64,000 bases of DNA from Azolla caroliniana (taxonomy: Eukaryota; Plantae; Polypodiophyta), in assembly GCA_043228905.1 (NCBI GenBank), contig JBHGNT010000021.1, forward strand, positions 4,774,001 to 4,838,000, in the 5' to 3' direction. Positions within the stretch are counted from its first letter, which is position 1. Every line of letters begins with the position of its first letter. The notes under the pieces are model-generated. The model saw only the letters and a list, made by a program, of their open reading frames with translations, ran no database searches and was not told the origin of the DNA. The position numbers were made by a program, and so were the translations under genes. Positions 11,348-21,720 of this stretch are shown piece after piece.

Positions 11348-11802
11348 TATTATAGATCTAGATACTAAAGTAAGCTTAAGATAAGGATAAAGAAATGAAA
11401 GATAGAAAGGAGAAAGAGAAAGAAGGGTGCCGATCCACCCGACCACCCCCGAGCGAAGGGATCGAGACGGACTCGAGCCTCGATCGGCGTCCCATACCAC
11501 CGCCGTGGCGTCGAGTCGTACCTGGTGCTGGCGCGCTCGCTACAAGTGTTGACCCACCACACGAGCAGAGTCTCGATGTAGTCAAAAGATGATCCAATGA
11601 GGGTAGCTAGGCCTCTTATTTATAGCGATACCCAAGGCCCCCAGGCAAGTTCACACTTGACCTAATGGGTTGTCTCAATCCCGAGGATTAAAAGTAATCC
11701 TCCCCTTCTTTACACTCTCGTTTAACCCTCACACTTATCCACGTGTATAGAATACTACGGTAAATTCTTACCACGGGATATTATATGGTCATGCCCGTAA
11801 CA
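11348..11802 (-). mobile_element. Solo LTR (455 bp), TSD CATAT, inserted antisense in the Tork-like relic
   Basis: CATAT at 11343-11347 and 11803-11807; termini TATTA (decayed TG)...TAACA; reverse complement homologous to 12075-12290. Confidence 0.8.
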
Positions 11803-12029
11803 CATATGAATTGGTGAAGGGTTTCCAACAAAAAAAGGGAGTGGATTTCGATGAGCTGTTTTCCCTAGTAGTCAAGATGACATCCATCCAGATAGTGTTG
11901 AGCATAGTTGCAAGCATGGACCTCGAGGTAGAGCAACTAGATGTCAAGACGACATTTCTACACGGTGACCTCGAGGAGGAGATCTACATGTAGCAACCGG
12001 AGGGATTCATCAAGAAAGGGAAGGAGAGG

Positions 12030-12300
12030 AGGGGGGTGGAACCGTTCTTGGCTCCACCCCACACCCATCAACACCAAGTGTGAACTTGCATGGGGGCCTT
12101 AGGTTTGGCTATAAATATGAGGCCTAGTTATCGTTATTAGACACATTATTCGACTATGTCAAGACTACGACATTGTGGTCAATAGACTCTTGTGGCAAGC
12201 GTGCGCCAGTACTGGGTACGACTCGATGCCATGGCAGTGGTATAAGACGCTGCTCAAGGCTCAGGGATGATCGGGTGGATCAACATCTTTCTTTCTTTTG
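12030..12300 (+). repeat. Degenerate LTR fragment of the same family as 11348-11802 (possibly the Tork relic's own 3' LTR)
   Basis: CAAGTGTGAACTTGC.TGGGGGCCTT...GGTACGACTCGA.GCCA.GGC.GTGGTAT matches the reverse complement of about 11430-11660. Confidence 0.65.
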
Positions 12301-12446
12301 GTAAAATCACACAATTATATTAATTGCATGTAAAAAAAACCACTATTACAACTTGTAAGTCATCTTTATGTATCTACATAGAGAGATATGTATTCACATC
12401 ATTACTATAAAAGATTGCTTGCGGAAGCGTTAGAAAGAACAATACA

Positions 12447-12486
<40 letters not shown>

Positions 12487-12725
12487 GCGGGAGAGACAGA
12501 GAGAGAGCAAGACACACTATTTTCCAAAATTATATGAATACTCTGTGCTCTGTATCTACAACGCGCTCATCAACGTTATTTATACAAGTCCACACGAGAC
12601 TGTTAGAAGTACAGTGTACTTCAATGCTCATACGAGCATCTGACACTAACTACGAGACTATAACTGCCTAGTAGTCTAACCTATACTAGGCTTCCGGTTA
12701 CAGATTGGATCCGGCATACCATATA

Positions 12726-13252
12726 TGTCGCGTTGTTACGTGCGTGCGTGTAGAAGGGGCGGGACCACGGCGGTCTCGGACTAGGGAGTAGAGGAGAAAG
12801 AATAAGATATGATATGGAGGCTTAGCTCAAGAGGAGAAGAGGAAAGAATAAGACCATGACATAGAAGGAGAGATCAGCGAAGGCAAGATGCTCAACAAGT
12901 TATATTCAAACAAACAAATGATTACAACGATGGTGGCCGCATGGACCGCACCAAACTTATGAGAAAACCCTAACCATGGATGAACAAGGAGACCCTAAAC
13001 GAAACCCTAACCCTAAAACGGTAAGAACTCTACACTAAGTGGTATACCTTTCATGCGCAAAATAGGCAACCCTTCATAAGTGACCCCTCCCTTCCTTTTA
13101 TAGCCCAAGGAGAGAGGGACCTTACAATGTGGGACAAAATTTCCCCTATTCTTTCTATACACCATTTCCTAGTACACGTGTGCACATGTTGCACACCACC
13201 GACTTGCCCTTTCCACCCCAGTTTCCGCCTATGGACGAAAATCTACACGACA
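12726..13252 (-). mobile_element. Solo LTR (527 bp, TGTCG...CGACA) related to LTR 1780-2549, inserted in the Copia-B 3' LTR
   Basis: Absent from the 5' LTR (GCATACCGGCTCC near 19470); both ends align to 1780-2549. Right flank CCGG, left flank CCATATA (no clean TSD). Confidence 0.85.
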
Positions 13253-13373
13253 CCGGCTCCCCAGCTCACTAGCCCTTACTACTTATCGGCTCGGTTGCTC
13301 ACCGGCATACCGATTCATCTCGCTTACCGGCTCAGGCTTATTCAGCCGATCCGGCTCCGGTTGAGCTTGCCGC

Positions 13374-16300
13374 TCAACACTCCCCCTCAAGCTCAACCTG
13401 AGGTAGGGTCGTAGTGTCAACCTCTGTGGCAGCCAGTTCTTCCAACCGACTTCTCCTAGCGTCGCTTCGCCTTGCTCGCACTCCTTGTCCGGTCCGGTCC
13501 CGTTTGCCGCGACCCCTTTGGTTTTGCGCGCCTCGACCTTCGGCATGTCTGCTCAATAGGCCCATCTCAGCTCCTTCGCTGCTATGACTCTGGCGCTTGC
13601 CGATCCGTCGGTTCCACCGCGATGGCAGCGACTTCCGCTGCGTTCGTGTCTCCTTGGCCTCTCGTTGATCCAACTCATCCGGATCCGTCTGTTGATCCGA
13701 ATTGGCTATCTCCGACTCGTTCCAGCTCTTGTCCGAATCAGTATCCTCCGATTCGATTTTCAGCTTCAGGCCTCTCACCACATCGGACCACGTCCGGGTC
13801 TTGGCCTTCTCTGTGCTTCCCTTGGCTTCTTCAGCCGGTTCACCGAAGTCGAATTCTTCATTCGACTCCGCATCATGGCCATTACGATCGTGATGACCTC
13901 CGCATAGCATGCACTTCTCTTCCTGAGTGTACAGTTCTTCTTCACAGCCGCTCACTCCGACCTGTTCGGATGTGCCGACTTCCTTCGTCAACTCGGCTTC
14001 ATTTTTCTTCTTGTCTCCACCTCTACCGGTTCTTCTCTTACCTACGGGTTCAACAGTTTTTTTGCCTTTGCCCGTTTCGGTAGTGTCTTTGCCCTTGTGT
14101 CTCCCCCTCAAGTGCGGCACGTCGAGATGATGAACACCAAGCATTTCGGTAAAGTGCTGCAACTTGTCCGACCCGAGCGGCTTGGTGAAGATGTCGGCAA
14201 CTTGCCGATCCGTGTGAACATACCGTAGTTCAACTTCACCGCTCAGGACCCGCTCACGCACGAAGTGATAACGCACTTCTATGTGCTTTGTGCGAGCATG
14301 GAACACAGGGTTCTTGGCGAGCTACATGCTGCTAAGGTTATCGCAGTAGATCAGGATCGGGGTCGGTACCTCGATCTGCAGGTCGCCGAAGCCAAATGGC
14401 TTCGCAGGTGGCAACGGTCGCGCCCCGGTATTCAGCCTCAGTTCTAGATAGAGCCACTGTTGGCTGCTTTTTGCTGCTCCATGCAATAGCCACGCTCCCA
14501 AGAGAAAACATAAAGCCGGAAGTTGAGCGACGATCCGTTGCATCGCCAACCCAATCGGCATATGTGTAGCCAACAAGCTCTTCGGTTATACCTTGCTGGT
14601 ATAAGAGCCCCCAGTCCTTAGTGTCGCTTACATACCTCAGTATTCGTTGTGCGCACTGAAGGTGCTCCACGGTCGGCTTCTGCATGAATTGGCTTACCAC
14701 TCCGACCGGATAGCTAATGTCGAGTCGGGTGATGGTCAAGTAAATCAGGCTTCCGACTATTTTTCGAAACCTTTTCTCATCGCAGGCTGGTCCGGAGTTG
14801 GGACGGATCTTCTGATTCCGATCCAGGGGTGTGGAGACAAGTCGGCATTCCGTCATGCCGAACTTGTACAGTATATTCAACACATAATGGCGTTGAGAAA
14901 GCAATATGCCGTCGGGGGTGCGGATCACCTCGATCCCCAAAAAATAATGAAGGTCCCCCAAGTCCTTCATATCGAATGCGTCCGACAACTGGGACTTGAC
15001 GCGGTTGATTTCCGAAAGACCTAGGCCGATGATGACTAAATCATCAACATAGGGTAAGATACATACCGGACCGTTTGAGCCTTGACGGATGAACAAGGAA
15101 GAGTCCGACTTAGAGGCAACAAACCCCATCTTTCGCAACCGGTGCGTGATCTTAGCATTCCAAGCACGGGGGGCTTGCTTCAAGCCATACAACGACTTCC
15201 TCAGCCGGCATACCGCCGACTTGTTCACCTCCGACTGAAATCCAGGGGGTTGAGTCATAAAGACTTCTTCTTCAAGATCTCCTTGAAGGAAGGCATTCTT
15301 CACATCCATCTGATGAAGATGCCACCCCCTTGCCGCAGCAACCGCCAATACCACACAAACCGTTGTCATCTTCGCTACAAGAGCGAAGGTCTCGTCGTAG
15401 TCGATTCCATGGGTATGTGCATATCCCTTCGCCACTAACCAAGCCTTGTACCGGTTAACTGTACCGTCGGCATTGTACTTTACCTTGTACACCCACTTGC
15501 ATCCGATCGGTTTACAGTGATAGGGAGGGTCAACCAGGTCCCAAGTTCCGTTGGCATCCAGTGCCCGCATTTCTTCCTCCATAGCGACACGCCAATTTGC
15601 GTCCTTTGACGCTTCTGCGTAGCTCTCCGGCTCACGCACTTCCGCGACCTTGTTCATGTACGCATAATGATGCACCATGCACTCGTTATACCCGTACCAT
15701 TTAACAGGATCCTTCTGGCGGGTGGACCGGCGTAACTCACCGTTACCCGGTATGAGACCCTTCTTGGCCGGTTCGGTCTTCGTTCCCGAAGATCTGCCTA
15801 TGTCCTTGCCGAAGTTAGATACGCACCGATCCAACTCATCATTGCCGGTCTCGAATTCCAGCATCTTCTGCTTCCCTTTCTCTTTGTGTGTGAACCATCT
15901 CCTCGGTTCCTTGCGCGGGGAGAGCACGACAAAGTCTCCACTACTCGCCGTCTCATCATTCGACTGGTTGGACTGATCTAGTCTCTCATTTGGTCTGCTT
16001 AACCGGAATGATTCCGGACTCTCATATTGAGTCCCGGCTTCATCTTTCTCTACCTAGGCCGGTTCACGCTCACTAGCCCCATCCTCCGAGATCGGGTCAG
16101 GATCGGAAGTCGGAGTTGGTAAGGAATACCACGATGCCGATTCATCAAACTCGACATCTCGGCTGACTCGGACCTGCTTTGTCTGGGGGTTATAACACTT
16201 ATACCCCTTTTGCTCTTGAGCATAGCCAACTAGGATGCATTTTTCCGATTTTGCATCCAGCTTTCTCCGCTTCTCATCCGGCACATGTACATAGGCTATG

Positions 16301-19071
16301 TTGTCGAATATCCAGAGGTGTCTCAAATTCGGCTTGCGCCCGAAATACAGCTTGTGAGCTGACACCTTGTCCCCGATCCGGTTCTGGATGTAAATGGCCG
16401 TTTGGACCGCCTCCGCCCATTAGAACTTGGGCATGCTCTTTTCCTCCAGCATTGCCCTAGCCGCGTCAATCAGCGACCGATTCTTCCTTTCAGCCACACC
16501 ATTCTGTTGCGGTGTGTATCTGCAGCTAAATTCTCGCCGAATTCCTTTTTGTTGCAGATAGTTGTTGAATTGGCCGGAAAAGTACTCTTTTCCATCATCC
16601 GACCGTAGGCATTTGATCTTCCTCTCTGATTCTCATTCCACCATCTTCTGGAGGCTCCGGAAACACTCGAAGACTTGTTAGGAAATAGGTCCCTCCGGAT
16701 GGTGAAGACCCGATGAGAACCGGATGAAGAGTACCCGGCTACGGAGCCGGATGGTGCAGACCTGGTGAGAACCGGATGAAGAGTACCCGGCTACGGAGAG
16801 CCAGATGGTGAAGACCCGATGAGAACCGGATGAAGAGTACCCGGCTACGGAGAGCCGGATGGTACAGACCCGGTGAGGAGTGCTCACCGGATGAAGAGAC
16901 ATACTCGTAAATATGTTTCTGAGAGTCCATCGTGGCTATATCTGTAAATAGCCGAAAAGTCATATTAGTATAAATATGACTTAGGGCAAACTTTAGATAT
17001 GTGTTGTTGTCATTCTTGTTCGCGTAAGATTAGAGCGCGTAACTGTGTACAGAGAGAGAGAGAGAGAAACGAAGAGGTTGTTGCCTCTGTTGTAACCGCC
17101 GCCTATGGCGAAGAAAGAAAGCTCGAGGTGGTTGCCTCGGTGCTTTACTGTTGTACACTGTAACATAGTGATAGTTTGCAGCCTGTGGGCTGCTGTGGTT
17201 TTTCCCTAGTTTGGGTTTTCCACATAAACATCCTATGTACTTTTTTTTCTCTTCACTATGTCGTGCATTCATTCCCCGTTTTCTGTGTTTTGATTCTAAG
17301 CTCGGTTGTGGCCGAGCGTTGTTCATCGGAGCGTGTAGTTCCTGTCAAGATTTCGCTCTTCCGCTCAATGAGGTAGATCCACATATGCTGTGTGTAGTCA
17401 TCGATGAAGGAGACGAAATATCGAATCCCGCCAATGCTAACATTTTGTGTCGGTCCCCACACATCCGAATGGATAAGATCGAGCTTGTTACGGCTTTGAT
17501 TTCTTTCGGTGGGGAATGGAAGCCGGTGTTGCTTCCCGAGTTGGCAGGCTTCACAAATCTGGGCTCTCCGGCCGCTAAACTTCGGCAAACCGAAAACGAC
17601 TTGTTCCGTTTGCAGGTCTTGAAGCCTCCGGTAGTTGACGTGGCTGATCTGCTTGTGCCACAGGTCGATATCCGACTCGACCTTCTGTCCTTTGGCGAAC
17701 AATGCGGTGCCAACATCATTGGTTTTGAGGATAAACATCCTCCCATCTCTACGCCCTTGCGCAATAACTTCGCCCTCATCCTCAATGAAGCACCCGAGGT
17801 GCGTAAACCGCACCTGCATCCCCTGGTCGACGATCTTTCCGACCGACACCAGGTTCTTCGTGATCGTCGGAACATGTAATACATTCATCAGCTTCCCCCT
17901 CTATCTGACGTGGCTCAAAGGGACTTCTCCGACGTGCACGATCCGATGGGGAGTGTCGTCTCCGGTTTCGACAACTCTCGATTGATCCGGCTTCTCCAAA
18001 AAGGAAAACCACTCCCCGTGGCTCATCATGTGGTTCGATGCGCCGGAGTCAACGTACCACACTTCCTCTGATTTGGAAGTGGTCTTCTTCATTGAGTTTT
18101 CCTTGTGCTTCATCACCAAGGCTGGCCCCTTACCGTTCTTGGATCCTCCCGATCCGTTTGCGTAGTGCGAGCTTTGCCGGCCTTCCTTACCGGTCTTGTC
18201 GGATCCGGATTTGTCCGAATCGGCACGCTTTCTCCAGCACTCGCTTTCCCTGTGGCCCTTTTTGCCATAGTACCAACATTCCGTAGCGGATTTGTCTTGC
18301 CGGCCTCCGGCACCACCTTGACTCCCTCTGCTTGTGGAAGTCCCGGAACTAACTGTTGTCGGCACACTCACTGTGCCTTCGTTCCTGCTCTTTCCGGTCG
18401 CCTCCATTGCGTGCCGACCTGCCTCGTCCACCACGCCCGTGGGACCGATCCGCTCTCGTGTACAACATCCGGCTGTCTGGGGATGCACTGGTCGATGCAC
18501 CGGCGTGGTTCTCCTCTACAAGGAGCATCGACTGTAAGTCAAAAAATGAGGGCGTATTCTCCCTTGTACAAACCGCAGTCTGGAAAGCTCCGAACTTGGA
18601 CGCCAGGCCTCCAAGACAGACCTGCACCATCTCGTCTTCCTCTACGGTGACGTTAATAGAGGCAAGCGAGTCACAAATCCCTTTGATCCAGGCAGTGTAA
18701 TCTACCATCGACATGTTCTTCTGTCGAACATTGCTCAACTCCTGTCTGAGTTGCAGCTTCCGGGCATTGGTGCTTGCGGCGAAAACCTTTTTCAAGTTTC
18801 CCCAAGCATCCTTCGGTGTCTTGGCGTCACGGATATGGCTGAGCAGCTGGTCACTGACACTGGACGCGAAGCAGTACATCACCCTGCTTGCCGCTTGTTC
18901 CCACACTAGGAAGTCCTTGTGTGTCATCTCCGGTGCTGAGTCGTTCACACCGTCGACATAACTCCAGTAGCCATGCCCAAGCAGGTACTGGTGCATCTTG
19001 TATGACCAAGCTGCATAGTTGGTTCTGTCGAGCTTCTCCACCGGGAGCGACGTAGCCATACCTCTGTTCAT
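13374..19071 (-). pseudogene. Copia-B gag-pol (frameshifted; integrase split by a solo LTR)
   Basis: ORF fragments 18349-19134 (gag), 17901-18500 (knuckle and protease WYVDSGASNHM), 17256-17888 and 16054-16365 (IN), 14338-15927 (RT-RH), 13374-14306 (RH end plus extension); closely related to Copia-A. Confidence 0.92.
16676..17347 (+). mobile_element. Solo LTR (672 bp), 54-bp-repeat family, copy 2; TSD AGACT/AGATT
   Basis: TGTTAGG...CCTGTCA; interrupts Copia-B integrase (KSEVF); about 3.5 repeat units at 16695-16895. Confidence 0.92.
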
Positions 19072-21344
19072 TTCTCCTTTTGTGTCTGCTTTCCGATTTG
19101 TTAGGGTTTCCTTCACAAGCGTAGATGTCTGCAATAGAGGTTCTCAACCCAGGCACTCTAATACCATGTAAAAGATTGCTTGCGGAAGCGTTAGAAAGAA
19201 CAATACACAAAGAGAGAGAGAGAGAGTACGCGGGAGAGACAGAGACAGAGAGAGACAGAGAGAGCAAGACACACTATTTTCCAAAATTATATGAATACTC
19301 TGTGCTCTGTATCTACAACGCGCTCATCAGCGCTATTTATACAAGTCCACACGGGACTGTTAGAAGTAAGGTGTACTTCAATGCTCACACGAGCATCTGA
19401 CACTAACTACGAGACTATAACTGCCTAGTAGTCTAACCTATACTAGGCTTCCGGTTACGGATTGGATCCGGCATACCGGCTCCCCAGCTCACCGGTCCTT
19501 ACTGCTTACCGGCTTGGTTGCTCATCGGCATACCGATTCATCTCGCTTACCGGCTCAGGCTTATTCTGCCAATCCGGCTCCGGTTGAGCTTGCCGCTCAA
19601 CAATTACAAACCATGAATATGTCTCTCAACATCCCATACCTTTCTTATTAGACCAAATGACGAATGTGATGCCCAACTAACTTACATACTTGTCTCTCCA
19701 CATCGAAACCCTTTGACCTCTCACATCTTTTTGAGAGACTTGGATAGAAATGAAACTAGGCCTAGTATAAAGCCATTTCCTTAAGCTCTATTTTATTTAT
19801 TTTGCTTTTATTTTTTCTTTCGATGAATGGGTAAATACCCCATTTTTGTTGTAAACCAATTGCCTCATGGGCCAATTTTGGCCTTAGAAGGCATTAATAT
19901 ATCATTCATTCCTTCATTCATTCATTCTCTTCATGATTGAATATGCTTGGTCCTCTTCTTTCTCTTTACTATATATCATTTATTTCCTTGTCTTATGCTT
20001 ACATTACAAAAAATCTCTAACATTATGTTTGTAAAGAATCGGGTATGATTCTTGTGTAGCAGAATAGGTGTGAACTGTGTGTGTGTATGAGAGAGAGTGA
20101 GAGAGACAAGGAGTAAGACACAGAGTATATGCCAGGTAGATTATATTAACAAAGGAGAAAGACTCAACATAATACAAGGTGGGAGGAGGGTGCTTTATAT
20201 AGTCACCCTCTCTCTTCATTAACTACAAGACTCATGGAGCATGGGGAATGTGAAAGCTCATAAGTTATGTGTCATAGAATATGATTCTATGACTCATACT
20301 AAATGCTAGAATACAAAGAGGTGACATAATGGTGACTCTTGACCGTTGGAGTGTCTATTCACTCTCAAGGTGAGTTCACACACTAGACCAAGTTGAGCTT
20401 GATTCTCAACACGCCCCCTCAAGCTCAAGTTGGGTTGGTTTCAGACGGCATCCGAAATCCGCTTCGACTCGCGTTCCGGAGTCCGCGTCGACTCACATTT
20501 ATGTAGAGTTGCGGAATCCATGCTCCAACTTGCATTGTGTGAAATTGCGAAGTTTGTGCTTTGGCTTGTGTCTTTCTTCGCGGCTTTGCACGGTAGATCG
20601 GCTCTTCGCGCCTTCGTTGCACGGTTGCGGAATCCATGCGTTATTGCGTAGTGTGCGCGGTTTGCTGCATATTATTGTGTAATGTGCGCGGTTTACGAAA
20701 TCCACGCATTATTGCGTAGCGTCTTCAGTATCTTCAATACTCCCCCTCAAGCTTGGCAGGTCAGGGATCGTCAATCCGAGATCAGTCATGAATTGCCATA
20801 GCTTGTCAGCTCCTAAGGCTTTAGAGAAGATGTCGGTCGTTTGAAGAAGTGATAGTGCACTTCAATGTGCTTTGTCCGCACGTTGTCGTGAAGATCCGTC
20901 ACTACGCGCGGATCGTGAGGCGGAACCGTCGGGGTTCTGGACCGGAAGGATTCAAAGTCGGTACAAGCTTTGGCACAAGCTTTAGCGAGAAAGTACTTAA
21001 GATAGATTGGGAAAGAGAGAAGTTGAGATTACACGATTGAGAGAGATTGATTGAACTTTTAACTTTAGATTTAAGAAACAAGTTACACGATCAATTTGAT
21101 AACGAATTTCTTCTTCTTGATTTCATAACAAAAAAAACCGCGTTTTTTCTCCTCCCCTTCCTTCTTTTATAGATGCTCTCATGCATATGATGCATGTGAG
21201 GGTACAAGACATGCATAAAATGCATGTTTGCCATTTGGCGCTTGTGTATTACATGTGGTGCATGATAACCATGTCACTCATTTTAGCTCTCATATATGAG
21301 AATTTTCATGTAAAAGTACAATGATAGAAATATAAATTCAACTA

Positions 21345-21416
21345 AATGGCATGGCTTAATGGTAAGCCAATTGACTCCTAACTCGGAGGTGCAAGGTTCG
21401 AATCCTTACTTGCCCT
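21345..21416 (+). other. tRNA-derived sequence (Arg-CCT-like) with intact Pol III A and B boxes, inside the solo LTR; not a functional tRNA gene
   Basis: A box TGGCTTAATGG 21352-21362; D-arm GCTT/AAGC; loop CT-CCT-AA; B box GGTTCGAATCC 21395-21405 with stem AAGG/CCTT. Acceptor and anticodon stems pair poorly. Confidence 0.75.
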
Positions 21417-21464
21417 CCTTGTATATGTATATATGTATATATATTTATATATTTATTTATCTAG

Positions 21465-21720
21465 TCATCGGACGCCGGTTAGCCGGATGCCGTCGGTTAC
21501 CGGTGCCGCACCGGATGCCGTCACCTCGTCGTCGCCGGTTGCCGCCAGATGCCGCCACCTTGCCATCGCCGGATTGCCGTCGGATACCGGTGCCTCGCCG
21601 GATGCCGTCGTCTCACCGGCGCCGGATACCGTCACCTTGCCGTCATCGGATTGCCGTCGGATACCAGTGTCTCACTGGCGTCGAATGTCGCCGGATCACC
21701 GGCTCCATGGTCGGTCCGGT
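21465..21720. repeat. GC-rich degenerate short tandem repeats within the solo LTR
   Basis: Recurrent CCGGATGCCGTC / GCCGTCGGATACC / CACCTTGCC modules. Confidence 0.75.

Larger units (their letters stand above)
5100..12028 (+). pseudogene. Tork/Tnt1-like Ty1/Copia pol relic (IN-RT linker and RT N-terminus), split by Copia-A and by solo LTR 11348-11802
   Basis: 5100-5271 joined to 11020-12028 reads ...EESVIEDQGRRYPLRERRFP...KWLSAIQDEMDSLHENHTYELVKLPKGKRALWNKWVYKLK...RYKA...VKGFQQKKGVDFDELFSLVVKMTSIQIVLSIVASMDLEVEQLDVKTTFLHGDLEEEIYM. Confidence 0.85.
12406..19602 (-). mobile_element. Full-length Ty1/Copia LTR retrotransposon (Copia-B), TSD ATTAC, carrying two nested solo LTRs
   Basis: 5' LTR 19167-19602; 3' LTR 12406-13379 (interrupted by 12726-13252); PBS 19155-19166; PPT 13380-13392; ATTAC at 12401-12405 and 19603-19607. 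Confidence 0.95.

Noticed and set aside
12960-13020. Telomere-like AAACCCTAA motifs
   Set aside because: Only 3-4 scattered telo-box motifs inside an LTR, not a tandem TTTAGGG array.
13374-14100. env-like ORF in the Copia 3' region
   Set aside because: No hydrophobic or transmembrane segment and no separate start; it is a charged continuation of pol. The CMLCGGHH patch is not shared with Copia-A.
21345-21416. Functional tRNA-Arg gene
   Set aside because: Acceptor and anticodon stems do not pair properly and it lies inside an LTR; kept only as a tRNA-derived cassette.
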